A DNA stretch of 64,000 nt from a virus, in the IMG/VR virus record IMGVR_UViG_3300025849_002201. One strand, 5' to 3'. Of the stretch, positions 34,353 through 43,241 are shown piece after piece. The notes beneath the pieces were generated by a model. It saw only the letters and a program-made list of their open reading frames with translations. It searched no databases and was not told the origin of the DNA. The first letter of the stretch is position 1; the number at the start of each line of letters is the position of its first letter. Position numbers and translations under genes: made by a program.

Positions 34353-34411
34353 TGAACTTACTTTTCCTTTTGTTATAGTTTATTTATCATCTTGAACAAA
34401 AAACTATCTGT

Positions 34412-34990
34412 TTATGAGTTTACAATACGTTCGTAAATCTCTTTCCAATTGTTTACTCGAGCAGCATTGCCGCTGTAGTCTTCGTTGTGATCATGAGCAA
34501 TTAGAATACCATCTAGTCCCATGCTAATACCACAGTCTACGTTTTGTGGCTTGTCTTCAATCCAGTAACAACCTGTGTCACGATACTGTTCGAGTACATC
34601 ATCCTTGTCAGCACCGGTATCTAAATAAATGTACTTTTCAAATACGCTGTCTCCAAACATCTCACGCAAGTTCTTAGTACGCAAATGTTGCGAATAATCA
34701 TCATTGCTCAAACTAGTAATACAGTGGAAGATGTAACCGTGTTCTGCATGTAGTTTCTTGACATAGTGAATAGCATCACGCAGTGGCGGAAGTTTACGAA
34801 TCCAGGCACTTTCGTTAAACATACGTACAAGACGCATTGTTTCAGCACGATCTAGTCCGTACTTGATGTCCATTTGATAGTTACCAGTTTCTACAATTGT
34901 ATAACCATGTCGCTTCATCCATTGATCAAACGCATATTCCCAGTCAAACAACACACCGTCTGCGTCAGTTAAAATACATTTATTTTTCAT
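34412..34990 (-). CDS. HAD-family 5'(3')-nucleotidase-like phosphatase
   Basis: DADGVL motif I, IEDKP motif IV. Promoter TTGACA-17-TATAAT at 35025-35053. Confidence 0.8.
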   Translation of the reverse strand: MKNKCILTDADGVLFDWEYAFDQWMKRHGYTIVETGNYQMDIKYGLDRAETMRLVRMFNESAWIRKLPPLRDAIHYVKKLHAEHGYIFHCITSLSNDDYSQHLRTKNLREMFGDSVFEKYIYLDTGADKDDVLEQYRDTGCYWIEDKPQNVDCGISMGLDGILIAHDHNEDYSGNAARVNNWKEIYERIVNS

Positions 34991-35049
34991 ATAGTGCCTC
35001 TTTCTATTGCCTTATTATGTTTATATTATACAATAGAAAGAGACTGCTG

Positions 35050-35379
35050 TCAACCTTTATTATACCATTCTGTTTCGTATTCTTCTACAATGTTTACTGC
35101 ATTAATACGATCATAACGGAAACTGCGCCAACCTTTTGCGTTTACGTCCCACACACTTACAACTGCATCTGATATCTCGCGAACCTTCTTTTGGCTCATT
35201 GCATCTGTTTTAGTTGCAGCTGGCTTCATGTCTTCACGTAGCGTACAAGTCATTACACGCTTGTCACCATTGAGTTTAGTAAAGTCAACTACTAGTACGT
35301 TTTGTTCCAGTTGGAACTTTAGATCCGCTTTTGTCGGGATCCCCTTTAGTGTTGCTATCGTGTCGCTTACTTCTGTCAT
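35050..35379 (-). CDS. WYL/SH3-like phage protein (DUF2693-like)
   Basis: FTKLNGDKRVMTCTL...VWDV..KGWRSFRYDRI. Start trimmed to MTEVS. Confidence 0.7.
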   Translation of the reverse strand: MTEVSDTIATLKGIPTKADLKFQLEQNVLVVDFTKLNGDKRVMTCTLREDMKPAATKTDAMSQKKVREISDAVVSVWDVNAKGWRSFRYDRINAVNIVEEYETEWYNKG

Positions 35380-35380
35380 A

Positions 35381-36055
35381 TTAGTCTCTCCTATTGCCAA
35401 ACAACTGTAGCAGGGCAATAAACAAGTTAATGAAGTCTAAGTATAGTGTTAGTGCGCCTGCAACTTCCTGTGAGCGAGTATCACCGCCTTGACTTACAAT
35501 TTGTCTAATCTTTTGTGTGTCGTAGGCTGTTAGACCCATAAACACAATAATAGCAATTGCACTGATTGCCATTTGCATTACAGTACTGCCGATAAAGATA
35601 TTAACAATACTAGCAATAATAATTGCAATAAGTCCAACGAACATAAACTGTCCGATTGATGTTAAATCTTTCTTAGTTACATAGCCGTAAATACTCATAG
35701 TTAGGAATAAGATAGCCGCACCTAAGAACGCTGTAATAATACTCATACCTGTATACACTACAAAGATAGTAGCAAAGCTCAATCCCATAAGTGCCGCAAA
35801 GCCGTGTAGCATCATCTGTGCTGTGCTATAACTAACTTTGTGCATGTTAAAACTAATTGCAAAGATTGCAACTAGAGGTGCAAAAATAACAATGTATTGC
35901 ATGATGCCTGTAAAAAAGAACTGCATTAGTGCAGGACTAGAACTTACAAGCCAACTAACTATCATTGATGTAATAACTGCTAGTGACATATGACCGTATA
36001 CACGGTTCATTGCTGTGATAAGTTCGTCTGTTGTTTTCCAAGTTGTTGTATTCAT
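35381..36055 (-). CDS. Bax inhibitor-1/YccA family membrane protein
   Basis: About 7 TM helices, AYDTQKI and GALTLYLDFINLF motifs. Confidence 0.9.
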   Translation of the reverse strand: MNTTTWKTTDELITAMNRVYGHMSLAVITSMIVSWLVSSSPALMQFFFTGIMQYIVIFAPLVAIFAISFNMHKVSYSTAQMMLHGFAALMGLSFATIFVVYTGMSIITAFLGAAILFLTMSIYGYVTKKDLTSIGQFMFVGLIAIIIASIVNIFIGSTVMQMAISAIAIIVFMGLTAYDTQKIRQIVSQGGDTRSQEVAGALTLYLDFINLFIALLQLFGNRRD

Positions 36056-36231
36056 AGTTCCTCCCAAATGCCTAATAGTTCTGCACCAATAAGCAAGAAG
36101 CCAGCTGCTACAAAGTTACCTGTAATCAATACAGCACCTGCGGCAATACGAACTACACTTTTTACAAGACTAATATAAAAATGTTTCTTGCTAGGATCTT
36201 TAGGCTCTACTTCTGTTTTTAACTTTTTCAT
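36052..36231 (-). CDS. Small membrane protein (59 aa, not in the ORF track)
   Basis: [35 protein letters not shown]...GIWEEL. Overlaps the start/stop of both neighbours. Confidence 0.6.
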   Translation of the reverse strand: MKKLKTEVEPKDPSKKHFYISLVKSVVRIAAGAVLITGNFVAAGFLLIGAELLGIWEEL

Positions 36232-36848
36232 TATCGTTTATCCACTACCTTATCTGCAAGGCCCCACTCGACAGCTTCGGCTGCTGAAAGGAACGTATCA
36301 AACTTCATAGTTTCTTTCATTTCTTCATAGGTTTTGCCTGCTGTATTGTGTTTGACATACAGTTCTGTTAGACGTTCATTGACTCGCTTAGACTCTTCAA
36401 ACGCACGTCGATTGTCTTCCATCTCAAGCTCTTGTACATATACCGAACCTGAAGTACCACGTGTGCCTGAGCTTACACGGTGAATCATTGTACGACTGTT
36501 GGGCAGTACCATGCGGTTGCCTGCTTCGCCTGCCATAGCAAGGAATGAACCCATTGAACAGGCTTGGCCCATTACAATAGTGTACACAGGACAAGTGATA
36601 AACTGCATAGTGTCATAGATAGCAAGACCTTCACTTACAATGCCACCTGGACTGTTGATATACATATAGATAGGTTTATCACGTTCTTGACTTTCCAAGA
36701 ACAATAGCTGACTACAAATAATACTTGCAGTGTGTTGTTCTACAGGACCGTCAAGCATAATAATGCGGTCTTTAAGTAGGCGGCTGTAAATATCATACGA
36801 GCGTTCGCCTTTTTGTGTTTGTTCAATTACTACTGGTACCAAAGGCAT
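36231..36848 (-). CDS. clpP: ATP-dependent Clp protease proteolytic subunit
   Basis: [42 protein letters not shown]. Confidence 0.95.
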   Translation of the reverse strand: MPLVPVVIEQTQKGERSYDIYSRLLKDRIIMLDGPVEQHTASIICSQLLFLESQERDKPIYMYINSPGGIVSEGLAIYDTMQFITCPVYTIVMGQACSMGSFLAMAGEAGNRMVLPNSRTMIHRVSSGTRGTSGSVYVQELEMEDNRRAFEESKRVNERLTELYVKHNTAGKTYEEMKETMKFDTFLSAAEAVEWGLADKVVDKR

Positions 36849-36849
36849 C

Positions 36850-37029
36850 TTATCTCTCCACTATTGGGTTTGTTGAATTTGTATCGTGGTAATCACCGCT
36901 TTTGTAATAGTCGCGGGTTGCTGTTTCTTTTACCATAATGCCGTCTCGCAAACGGTATGTTGTGATTTCTCTGCGGACTACACCAGTTGTGTCGCCATCA
37001 AAAGCATTTTTAAAAGGTCCATCTGTCAT
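36850..37029 (-). CDS. Hypothetical protein
   Basis: Start trimmed to MTDGPF after GGAG. Confidence 0.6.
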   Translation of the reverse strand: MTDGPFKNAFDGDTTGVVRREITTYRLRDGIMVKETATRDYYKSGDYHDTNSTNPIVER

Positions 37030-37030
37030 A

Positions 37031-37258
37031 TTAATATCTCCTATCTTTAACTGTACGTTGCACCGGTCCTGGAGTAGTAAATTCCATACCATGTGCATTT
37101 CCTACATACGTTTTTCCATTCCAGCGCATGTGTATTTTATTAGTTGCAATGAATGCGTCAAGTGATTCATTTTCACGAATGTTGTCTACTTCAGCTTCAA
37201 CACTCTGTTCGTTACGAGTATTAGTTAGCATTGCAGTTTTTTCGTATATAGTTTTCAT
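37031..37258 (-). CDS. Hypothetical protein
   Basis: Operon packing. Confidence 0.6.
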   Translation of the reverse strand: MKTIYEKTAMLTNTRNEQSVEAEVDNIRENESLDAFIATNKIHMRWNGKTYVGNAHGMEFTTPGPVQRTVKDRRY

Positions 37259-37488
37259 GTTTTTCCTTGTAATTTTAGATTTAAAACAAAGTTCTCTACT
37301 AACAGTTTAACAATGATTGCAGCATCTGTCAAGTGATTTCTGTCCATTTCGAGAACATGAGCAGCCATCATTGTTATTGCCTGTTCTTCTGAAATGTTTA
37401 GTTCTTTCCAGTCTATCGGATCAGTGATATTAACTTCTTTTGCAAGGTCTATTAATAGCCTTAGCTCATTGTTAGTCGGTTCCATCAT
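37255..37488 (-). CDS. Hypothetical protein
   Basis: ATGA overlaps at both ends. Confidence 0.6.
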   Translation of the reverse strand: MMEPTNNELRLLIDLAKEVNITDPIDWKELNISEEQAITMMAAHVLEMDRNHLTDAAIIVKLLVENFVLNLKLQGKT

Positions 37489-38096
37489 AATAATTTTAAA
37501 TTCCTTCTATCGATAGGGTTACTGAGTTTAGAACAAGGTATACTAATACTAATTCTTTTTTCAAAAGGATCTGCGGCTTGATATGTGTTACTTGGAATAA
37601 ACAACATGTCTCCAGGTCTTAGTATAGTATCAATAACAACACTTCCTGTTGGTCCCAGCTTATCGTACACCTTCCAAGCAGTTTCTCCCGACACTTGAAG
37701 TATAAAATTATCTTCAGTAACACAGTGTATCGGATGACTGTTAGATTTTCCGAGACTACAATGTACATGCATATCAGCTGTTACATTCATGATGTCTTCG
37801 ATTTTTTTACATACTGCGTGAGTAGCAATACTGTGTACACTGAAATTTTCTAAAACAAGTGTATGACCTTGTTTGACATAATCCATTACTTGTTGCTTAT
37901 CTGGTATAGCTTTGTCAAACCAGAAGCTGTTCGAATATTTTAAAGGTATCCTAGTAGCTAGTGTCTTATGTATAATACTCGGATTATATTGCCAAGGATT
38001 ATTAATACAAAACTCGATGTCTTTCCAGTTTACTAATAGATTAGCATCATCTATATAGTCACGTAGCAAAAGAGGTGTATTATCAAGTATTTCCAT
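37485..38096 (-). CDS. JmjC/cupin-fold protein with degenerate metal ligands
   Basis: H...DNFILQVSG...W...L.PGD.LFIP pattern. HxD reads HCV and the distal His reads Q. Promoter TTGACA-17-TATACT at 38126-38154. Confidence 0.65.
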   Translation of the reverse strand: MEILDNTPLLLRDYIDDANLLVNWKDIEFCINNPWQYNPSIIHKTLATRIPLKYSNSFWFDKAIPDKQQVMDYVKQGHTLVLENFSVHSIATHAVCKKIEDIMNVTADMHVHCSLGKSNSHPIHCVTEDNFILQVSGETAWKVYDKLGPTGSVVIDTILRPGDMLFIPSNTYQAADPFEKRISISIPCSKLSNPIDRRNLKLL

Positions 38097-38268
38097 TATT
38101 CCTCACAGTATTAATTTACTCTACAAGTATACTATCATTATGATTCAATGTCAACTATTAATGTTTCGTTACACGAAACAACTCTAAGACTAATCGTCTT
38201 ATCGTAATATACTTCGTATATGAATAATATCTTAATAATTATTTTATTTCATGTAGATCATTTCAGTC

Positions 38269-38600
38269 AGACGGAACCTGCTAAGGTCCCATCCAATCTT
38301 TGACATACTTCATGTGAGTCGTATCCAGCCAAGACATTTGGAAGCAGGTGTTTTGTTGCATCTCCAAGGACTCTAGTCTTTTCCTTACCTGCACTGACAT
38401 AGCTTGCGCTACCTATAACCTCGTTCCTAGTGTTATAGTGTTTAGGAGATGTTTGCTTTCGCAAAGGGGTGAACACGCCACACCACCGGCGACGAGCATT
38501 ACCTCGGCTGGTTCTTGACGAATCGAGCGACCTCGATCAAACGGAGTTCTGATTTGCCTGTGAGATGTGCCTTAGCGTAAGTAATTATGCTGTTGTGTGC
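38269..38600 (-). ncRNA. Candidate structured or pseudoknotted non-coding RNA (or origin-like region)
   Basis: Multiple stems, including crossing pairs 38344-49/38387-92 and 38359-65/38445-51. Confidence 0.45.
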
Positions 38601-38605
38601 CTGAA

Positions 38606-38992
38606 TTATATTGTAGTTAAACTCGTTACCAAGTTCATTGCGACTGCTGTGCCGCTGATTGAACTACCGATCATGATAGCTCTATCGCTCCATACCATTC
38701 CTACATATACCCAACAGGCACTTGCAATAAGATATGCTATTTGTCCGTACTGAATATAACCAGCACTGATAAGAAATACACCAGCAACAGCTAGTACAGT
38801 TGCAAACCATTTTACATACCAGTCTGGTGTTCCAGTTGGCGTAGTAGGTGTTAGATCCTCTACTTCTGTTTGTAGTTCGGCTAGTTCTTGTTTAAGACGT
38901 TTGCGTTCTTTACTCAGTTCCATAGCGAGCTTCGTAGCTCTGCTATTAGTACTTTCTTCGTGGTATTCGTCTTTTGTTAATTCTTCAGCCAT
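38606..38992 (-). CDS. Membrane protein with N-terminal coiled coil
   Basis: Three TM helices. Start trimmed to MAEEL. Confidence 0.65.
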   Translation of the reverse strand: MAEELTKDEYHEESTNSRATKLAMELSKERKRLKQELAELQTEVEDLTPTTPTGTPDWYVKWFATVLAVAGVFLISAGYIQYGQIAYLIASACWVYVGMVWSDRAIMIGSSISGTAVAMNLVTSLTTI

Positions 38993-38994
38993 AC

Positions 38995-39651
38995 TTAATC
39001 CCACAAATTTTCGTAATATTTGCCAAACAGTCTAAAACCGTTGCTCATACGTTCTTGGTGTTTTTTTCTACCTTCGTCGTCTGTCCATTCAAAACGTCCG
39101 CCTAAGATTCTGCCATCTTCACTTTCAATATACGGACCGTAATAATCTTCTTCCCAATGGTCGCGATTCTTTTGTTCGAACGCCCAGATCATTTCGTCCA
39201 TTACCCAATCCCAACGTTCAAAGAACTTAGGATCTACATCGCCACCTTTTGCATACTTGTTCTGTTGCGCCTTAGTAGCACGTAGTTCTTTTGGTACATC
39301 TTCCATGTCAACAAACGGAGCACCATGCTTGGTAGCTTTTAACTGTACAAGCATGGGCAAGATAATAGGAGCAAGGGTATGATCCATACTCCAAGTATCC
39401 CAGCGGTCTATACGTACCTTTACTTTCTGTGTACGTCTATCAAACCATATCCAGTTAAACACATTGTACACGCTTTGTATAGCGTCCTCGAGTCCTTCTA
39501 AGAACGCTTCTTTAAACGGCTGATGCTTGCCCGGGCCTAAACCTTTAGTACCGTACTCCGGCCAGTCCACATAACCATACTTTTTATTCATATGGTTGCT
39601 GTGTATGTTGCAGATTAATCTACTTGGATAGCTGCCTATCTTGACTTTCAT
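38995..39651 (-). CDS. Hypothetical phage protein
   Basis: 218-aa ORF, operon packing. Confidence 0.7.
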   Translation of the reverse strand: MKVKIGSYPSRLICNIHSNHMNKKYGYVDWPEYGTKGLGPGKHQPFKEAFLEGLEDAIQSVYNVFNWIWFDRRTQKVKVRIDRWDTWSMDHTLAPIILPMLVQLKATKHGAPFVDMEDVPKELRATKAQQNKYAKGGDVDPKFFERWDWVMDEMIWAFEQKNRDHWEEDYYGPYIESEDGRILGGRFEWTDDEGRKKHQERMSNGFRLFGKYYENLWD

Positions 39652-39812
39652 TTTTTATTCCTCGTAGTACACTTGCCGCTCATACACATAGGGCAGTAGT
39701 GTTTGCGATCCTCATGCTCAGTTCCATATGCTATTATGACACTACATCCGTCGCAGAGCAAGGCTCCTCTGCCACCATTAAACTTGACTTGTGCAACTTT
39801 ATATTTGCTCAT
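39648..39812 (-). CDS. Small Zn-ribbon protein (54 aa, not in the ORF track)
   Basis: MSKYKVAQVKFNGGRGALLCDGCSVII...HYCPMCMSGKC. Confidence 0.6.
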   Translation of the reverse strand: MSKYKVAQVKFNGGRGALLCDGCSVIIAYGTEHEDRKHYCPMCMSGKCTTRNKK

Positions 39813-39990
39813 AATAATCTACCACCATTACATTTTCTGGTTTGTCAGGAAGTTGGAATGTTTTTGCAAACTCCATTGCTTCGTGTGCGTCTTCAAACAG
39901 TTCGGGTTGTATATCCCAACAATTTTCTGTTTGTTTAGTAATATAAATCCAATCGTCTTTACCGTCAAGACAAACCATCACTGCGTACAC
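39799..39990 (-). CDS. Hypothetical protein
   Basis: Operon packing. Confidence 0.55.
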   Translation of the reverse strand: MYAVMVCLDGKDDWIYITKQTENCWDIQPELFEDAHEAMEFAKTFQLPDKPENVMVVDYYEQI

Positions 39991-40237
39991 GCTTTTTCTC
40001 CTCGTAATTGTGCATCAACATACTTAACTCATCTACCTTGTTTCCTGTTTCTAATACTTCAGGACATTTAGTTGCTAGTAAGTCTAAATCGTAGTTACCT
40101 GGATAGTGACGCAAACAGTAGTATGCTTGCTGGCGTACTTCTTTAGGAACACGAGGAGTTTTCTTTGGATCCATTAGATCTTTTAAGAACTCTTCTGTTC
40201 GCTTTACAGCATTGTAGCGTTCGTATGGTAATGTCAT
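39965..40237 (-). CDS. Hypothetical protein
   Basis: P.ER..A......FL..L.DPKKTPRVP..VR..A..CLRHYP. Confidence 0.65.
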   Translation of the reverse strand: MTLPYERYNAVKRTEEFLKDLMDPKKTPRVPKEVRQQAYYCLRHYPGNYDLDLLATKCPEVLETGNKVDELSMLMHNYEEKKRVRSDGLS

Positions 40238-40380
40238 TTTAAATTAATCCATAGTCCAATCTGTGCAAATGCATAGCCTATCCAAATCATACCGTTAGGG
40301 ATAGAACCCTTGTACCATTGCATCAATCCAACTGTGACGTAACCAATGCCTGTGGTTGCTACAATTATTTTTTCAATCAT
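40234..40380 (-). CDS. Small membrane protein (48 aa, not in the ORF track)
   Basis: MIEKIIVATTGIGYVTVGLMQWYKG...IGYAFAQIGLWINLK. Confidence 0.55.
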   Translation of the reverse strand: MIEKIIVATTGIGYVTVGLMQWYKGSIPNGMIWIGYAFAQIGLWINLK

Positions 40381-40757
40381 GATAGTCCAGTAATAAGTTG
40401 ATAGTTGTCCCATGCCTTTTGTTGTGCAGGAGTATGTTCTTCTGTTGGCACTACACAGTCTAACCAGTAGTAGCGCATACGAGCAGGATGAGCGCCGAAC
40501 TGACGTGGCTGATGTAGTTTACCAGTCTTATGCAAGCTGATCAAAATATCACGCATTGCAGCTTCATAGTCTTCTAGGCCCGCCCATTCGGGATGACTGA
40601 GTCCACCATACAAGTAACCCTCCCAGATACCATTCCAGTGTTTGTCATTGTTTGGATCAATATCTGTGCGAGCAACAATGACTAGCACATCTTCAATGTC
40701 TACCTTTCCCTCAAGTATATCTCGCATACAGCGACTTAAACTTAATCCAACTTTCAT
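40377..40757 (-). CDS. Hypothetical protein
   Basis: Operon packing. Confidence 0.65.
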   Translation of the reverse strand: MKVGLSLSRCMRDILEGKVDIEDVLVIVARTDIDPNNDKHWNGIWEGYLYGGLSHPEWAGLEDYEAAMRDILISLHKTGKLHQPRQFGAHPARMRYYWLDCVVPTEEHTPAQQKAWDNYQLITGLS

Positions 40758-41236
40758 AAGTCATCAATTCCTAATTTAGTAATTTTGTCAATAAACACTT
40801 TGAGTGTGCGATTGTCATCTTGTAGCATGTAACGTACACGCTCATCGTCTTTCAAATATTTTACAAGAGCTCGTCCACTATCATCAATAACTTCAAAACG
40901 ATTTACGCCACGCATTGCTTGATAGTCTTCACCATCGCCGATAGCATTGTGCAGTGCCATAAAGCCACAGTCCATACCACGTGCGTACATACCCGGATCA
41001 AATCCAAATACATTGTACATCACATAACGATAACTGCCGCGATCTTTTAGCTCACCTTGATGTAGGCGTTTGCACACAGCGTAGAAAGCATCTTCACGCT
41101 CTGTTTCGCTTAGACTGTTCCACCAAGCGTCATTGTCGGCTTCGTACTGTTTGCGATGCTTTTCCATCTCTTGTCCAATGTCGCTTAGTTTTTGCAGAGC
41201 AGCTTCACGTTCGTTCATCTTAACCTCTTTTGTCAT
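40754..41236 (-). CDS. Hypothetical protein
   Basis: Promoter TTGACA-17-TATACT at 41243-41271. Confidence 0.65.
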   Translation of the reverse strand: MTKEVKMNEREAALQKLSDIGQEMEKHRKQYEADNDAWWNSLSETEREDAFYAVCKRLHQGELKDRGSYRYVMYNVFGFDPGMYARGMDCGFMALHNAIGDGEDYQAMRGVNRFEVIDDSGRALVKYLKDDERVRYMLQDDNRTLKVFIDKITKLGIDDL

Positions 41237-41271
41237 ACTACTAGTATAATTTCAAAAGGTTAAGTTGTCAA

Positions 41272-41502
41272 CTATTGATTAACGTAATCTGGAAATTGTT
41301 TTGCAAAATCAACGGCATGCTCATCTAATTCAAAGTGAAAAGTATGTTCATACACATTTGTATAAGAACTAAAACTCCACTGATGCCGTTCGCAATTGCG
41401 GCGACACCATTCCTTGCCGCGAGTATCTAAGTCGCTGTGAAGCCGGACACTATGTCCAGGCTTCCAGCTATTCTTGTAGTCAAATTGTTCTTGAGGGGTC
41501 AT
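41272..41502 (-). CDS. Hypothetical protein
   Basis: 76 aa. Confidence 0.6.
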   Translation of the reverse strand: MTPQEQFDYKNSWKPGHSVRLHSDLDTRGKEWCRRNCERHQWSFSSYTNVYEHTFHFELDEHAVDFAKQFPDYVNQ

Positions 41503-41503
41503 A

Positions 41504-41707
41504 TTAAATTACCGTGTGTTCGTTAGAGTTTGGGTTGATTCCAAACTTTTGTACACATAGGTCAACTACTGCATCTGGGATAACGGTATCCATTACAGTA
41601 TTAGGAACCCAAATTCCTTTGAGATTTCCGTCTTTTCCGACGATTAGTCCATAGTCTGTTTCTGATAGTGATTGTTTAAATTCTAGTTCTATATTTGAAT
41701 GACTCAT
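41504..41707 (-). CDS. Hypothetical protein
   Basis: GGAG RBS. Confidence 0.6.
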   Translation of the reverse strand: MSHSNIELEFKQSLSETDYGLIVGKDGNLKGIWVPNTVMDTVIPDAVVDLCVQKFGINPNSNEHTVI

Positions 41708-41729
41708 AATATTCTCCTAAGTTGTAAAG

Positions 41730-42164
41730 TCAGCTTACTTCGGTATACTCGTGTTCTACAAATTTACCGTCTTGGATCTTAAATACGTCTACTTTACCAC
41801 TACTACGGACGTAGGAGCGGCCACCGTCAATCATCTTGCCTTCAATTACTTTGTAATCATGTCGATGCTGACTGTAATAGTATTTACCATCAGCATCTTC
41901 TATCATTCCAAATTCAAAATTTTCTATTTGATCTGCATTAGTAATCATAATAGATGCATTGTCTGAAAAGGGATTCTGATACAATGCAAAGTAGCGATTA
42001 CCAAACTGCGGATGCGGAGTAGCACGATAGAATACATCAGCTGCAAATTCAGCATGTTGTTGAATTGCTGTAGTACAAACGTACTTAACTTCTACACCGT
42101 CTTTTTCACTATAAATCTTTTCTACTTCTGCTGTGTTAAACAGCGGCTCGTGCTGTATATTCAT
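41730..42164 (-). CDS. Hypothetical protein (paralog of 42760-43221)
   Basis: Shared Y.A.YQ.PF, S.H..DY and .GGR motifs. Confidence 0.65.
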   Translation of the reverse strand: MNIQHEPLFNTAEVEKIYSEKDGVEVKYVCTTAIQQHAEFAADVFYRATPHPQFGNRYFALYQNPFSDNASIMITNADQIENFEFGMIEDADGKYYYSQHRHDYKVIEGKMIDGGRSYVRSSGKVDVFKIQDGKFVEHEYTEVS

Positions 42165-42750
42165 CTTCTTTTACCTTTTTAGCGATAGTTTTGTGAATAC
42201 CTGGGTTAACTTTTAGTACATGAGGCATCATTTCGTGTCTAATGTAGTTACGAGTATAACACGTATCTCGGTTGCTGTCATCCTCTTTATATTCTACATT
42301 CTTTAAATCTGCCCAAAGTTCAAAATCTCTTTTGCGTGTGAGACGGAACGGACGGATCACGTTCTTGTTGCGGTACGGAATGATTTTACCTGTGCCGTGC
42401 ATACTGCTCCAAACCCAAGTTTCTACACAGTCGTCTAAATGATGTCCTGTTACAACTGTACCGTTGATGCTGTGAAAGAACTTGTAGCGTTCATTACGCC
42501 AGTATTCTTCTTGGCTTTCGTCGTCACGCTTTGCTCTACCAATTTGTCCATACATAAAGCCGCAGTCATATTTCTTTACTTGTACACTTACATGATTGAG
42601 TGCTTCGCGGCTAGTGACTGTACCATGGTCAAAGAACACAACAGTTACATCGTGGTTGTTAGACAGGAAGTCAAGTGCTGCCATTGAGTCTACGCCGCCT
42701 GAGCAGGCAACGAAAACTTCGCGAGGCAACTTGCCTTGTAGTTTTAACAT
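42136..42750 (-). CDS. tilS: tRNA(Ile)-lysidine synthase-like, catalytic domain only
   Basis: CSGGVDSM, R..RY.F, TGHHLDD..ET, IRPF, DDSN.D..YTRN.IRH. Confidence 0.85.
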   Translation of the reverse strand: MLKLQGKLPREVFVACSGGVDSMAALDFLSNNHDVTVVFFDHGTVTSREALNHVSVQVKKYDCGFMYGQIGRAKRDDESQEEYWRNERYKFFHSINGTVVTGHHLDDCVETWVWSSMHGTGKIIPYRNKNVIRPFRLTRKRDFELWADLKNVEYKEDDSNRDTCYTRNYIRHEMMPHVLKVNPGIHKTIAKKVKEDEYTARAAV

Positions 42751-42759
42751 TTTTACCTC

Positions 42760-43221
42760 TTATTCAGAGTCTAGTTCAAATGTGTATAATTGGCCGTCTT
42801 TGATTTTTAATAGCATTTTTGTTCCATTAGTTTGCGTCATCTTACGACCACCTTGGACCCAAATGCTATCATCCGGAGATCGTCTATAATCGTCTTTGTG
42901 CTTACTCCAAATAACGTCACCGTTATCAGCACGAGCACCTTCCCATTCTAGACCTTCTGCAAATTCATCACACGGCTTAATTACCCACTTAGTATTAAAT
43001 GGATCTTGGTAGATAGCAACATAGTGGCCACCTTCTTTTTGTAATTGCTCTGAGTGTAATATAATGCAAGGATATTCAGTCCAAGCTAGCGCACCGCTCG
43101 ATGGAACTTTTGCAAACGGCATATTTATTTCAGCAACAAATTTTGCATTACGTCCTTCACACGCAATGTTAAGTGCTTGTCTAGAGTACTTCTGATAATC
43201 TACTGTATTAATAATTGCCAT
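42760..43221 (-). CDS. Hypothetical protein (paralog of 41730-42164)
   Basis: See the shared motifs above. Confidence 0.65.
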   Translation of the reverse strand: MAIINTVDYQKYSRQALNIACEGRNAKFVAEINMPFAKVPSSGALAWTEYPCIILHSEQLQKEGGHYVAIYQDPFNTKWVIKPCDEFAEGLEWEGARADNGDVIWSKHKDDYRRSPDDSIWVQGGRKMTQTNGTKMLLKIKDGQLYTFELDSE

Positions 43222-43241
43222 TTCTATCTCCTATACACTAT

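Noticed and set aside
38267-38476. 69-aa minus-strand ORF
   Set aside because: No convincing RBS or motif. It coincides with dense RNA stems, so I treated the region as non-coding.
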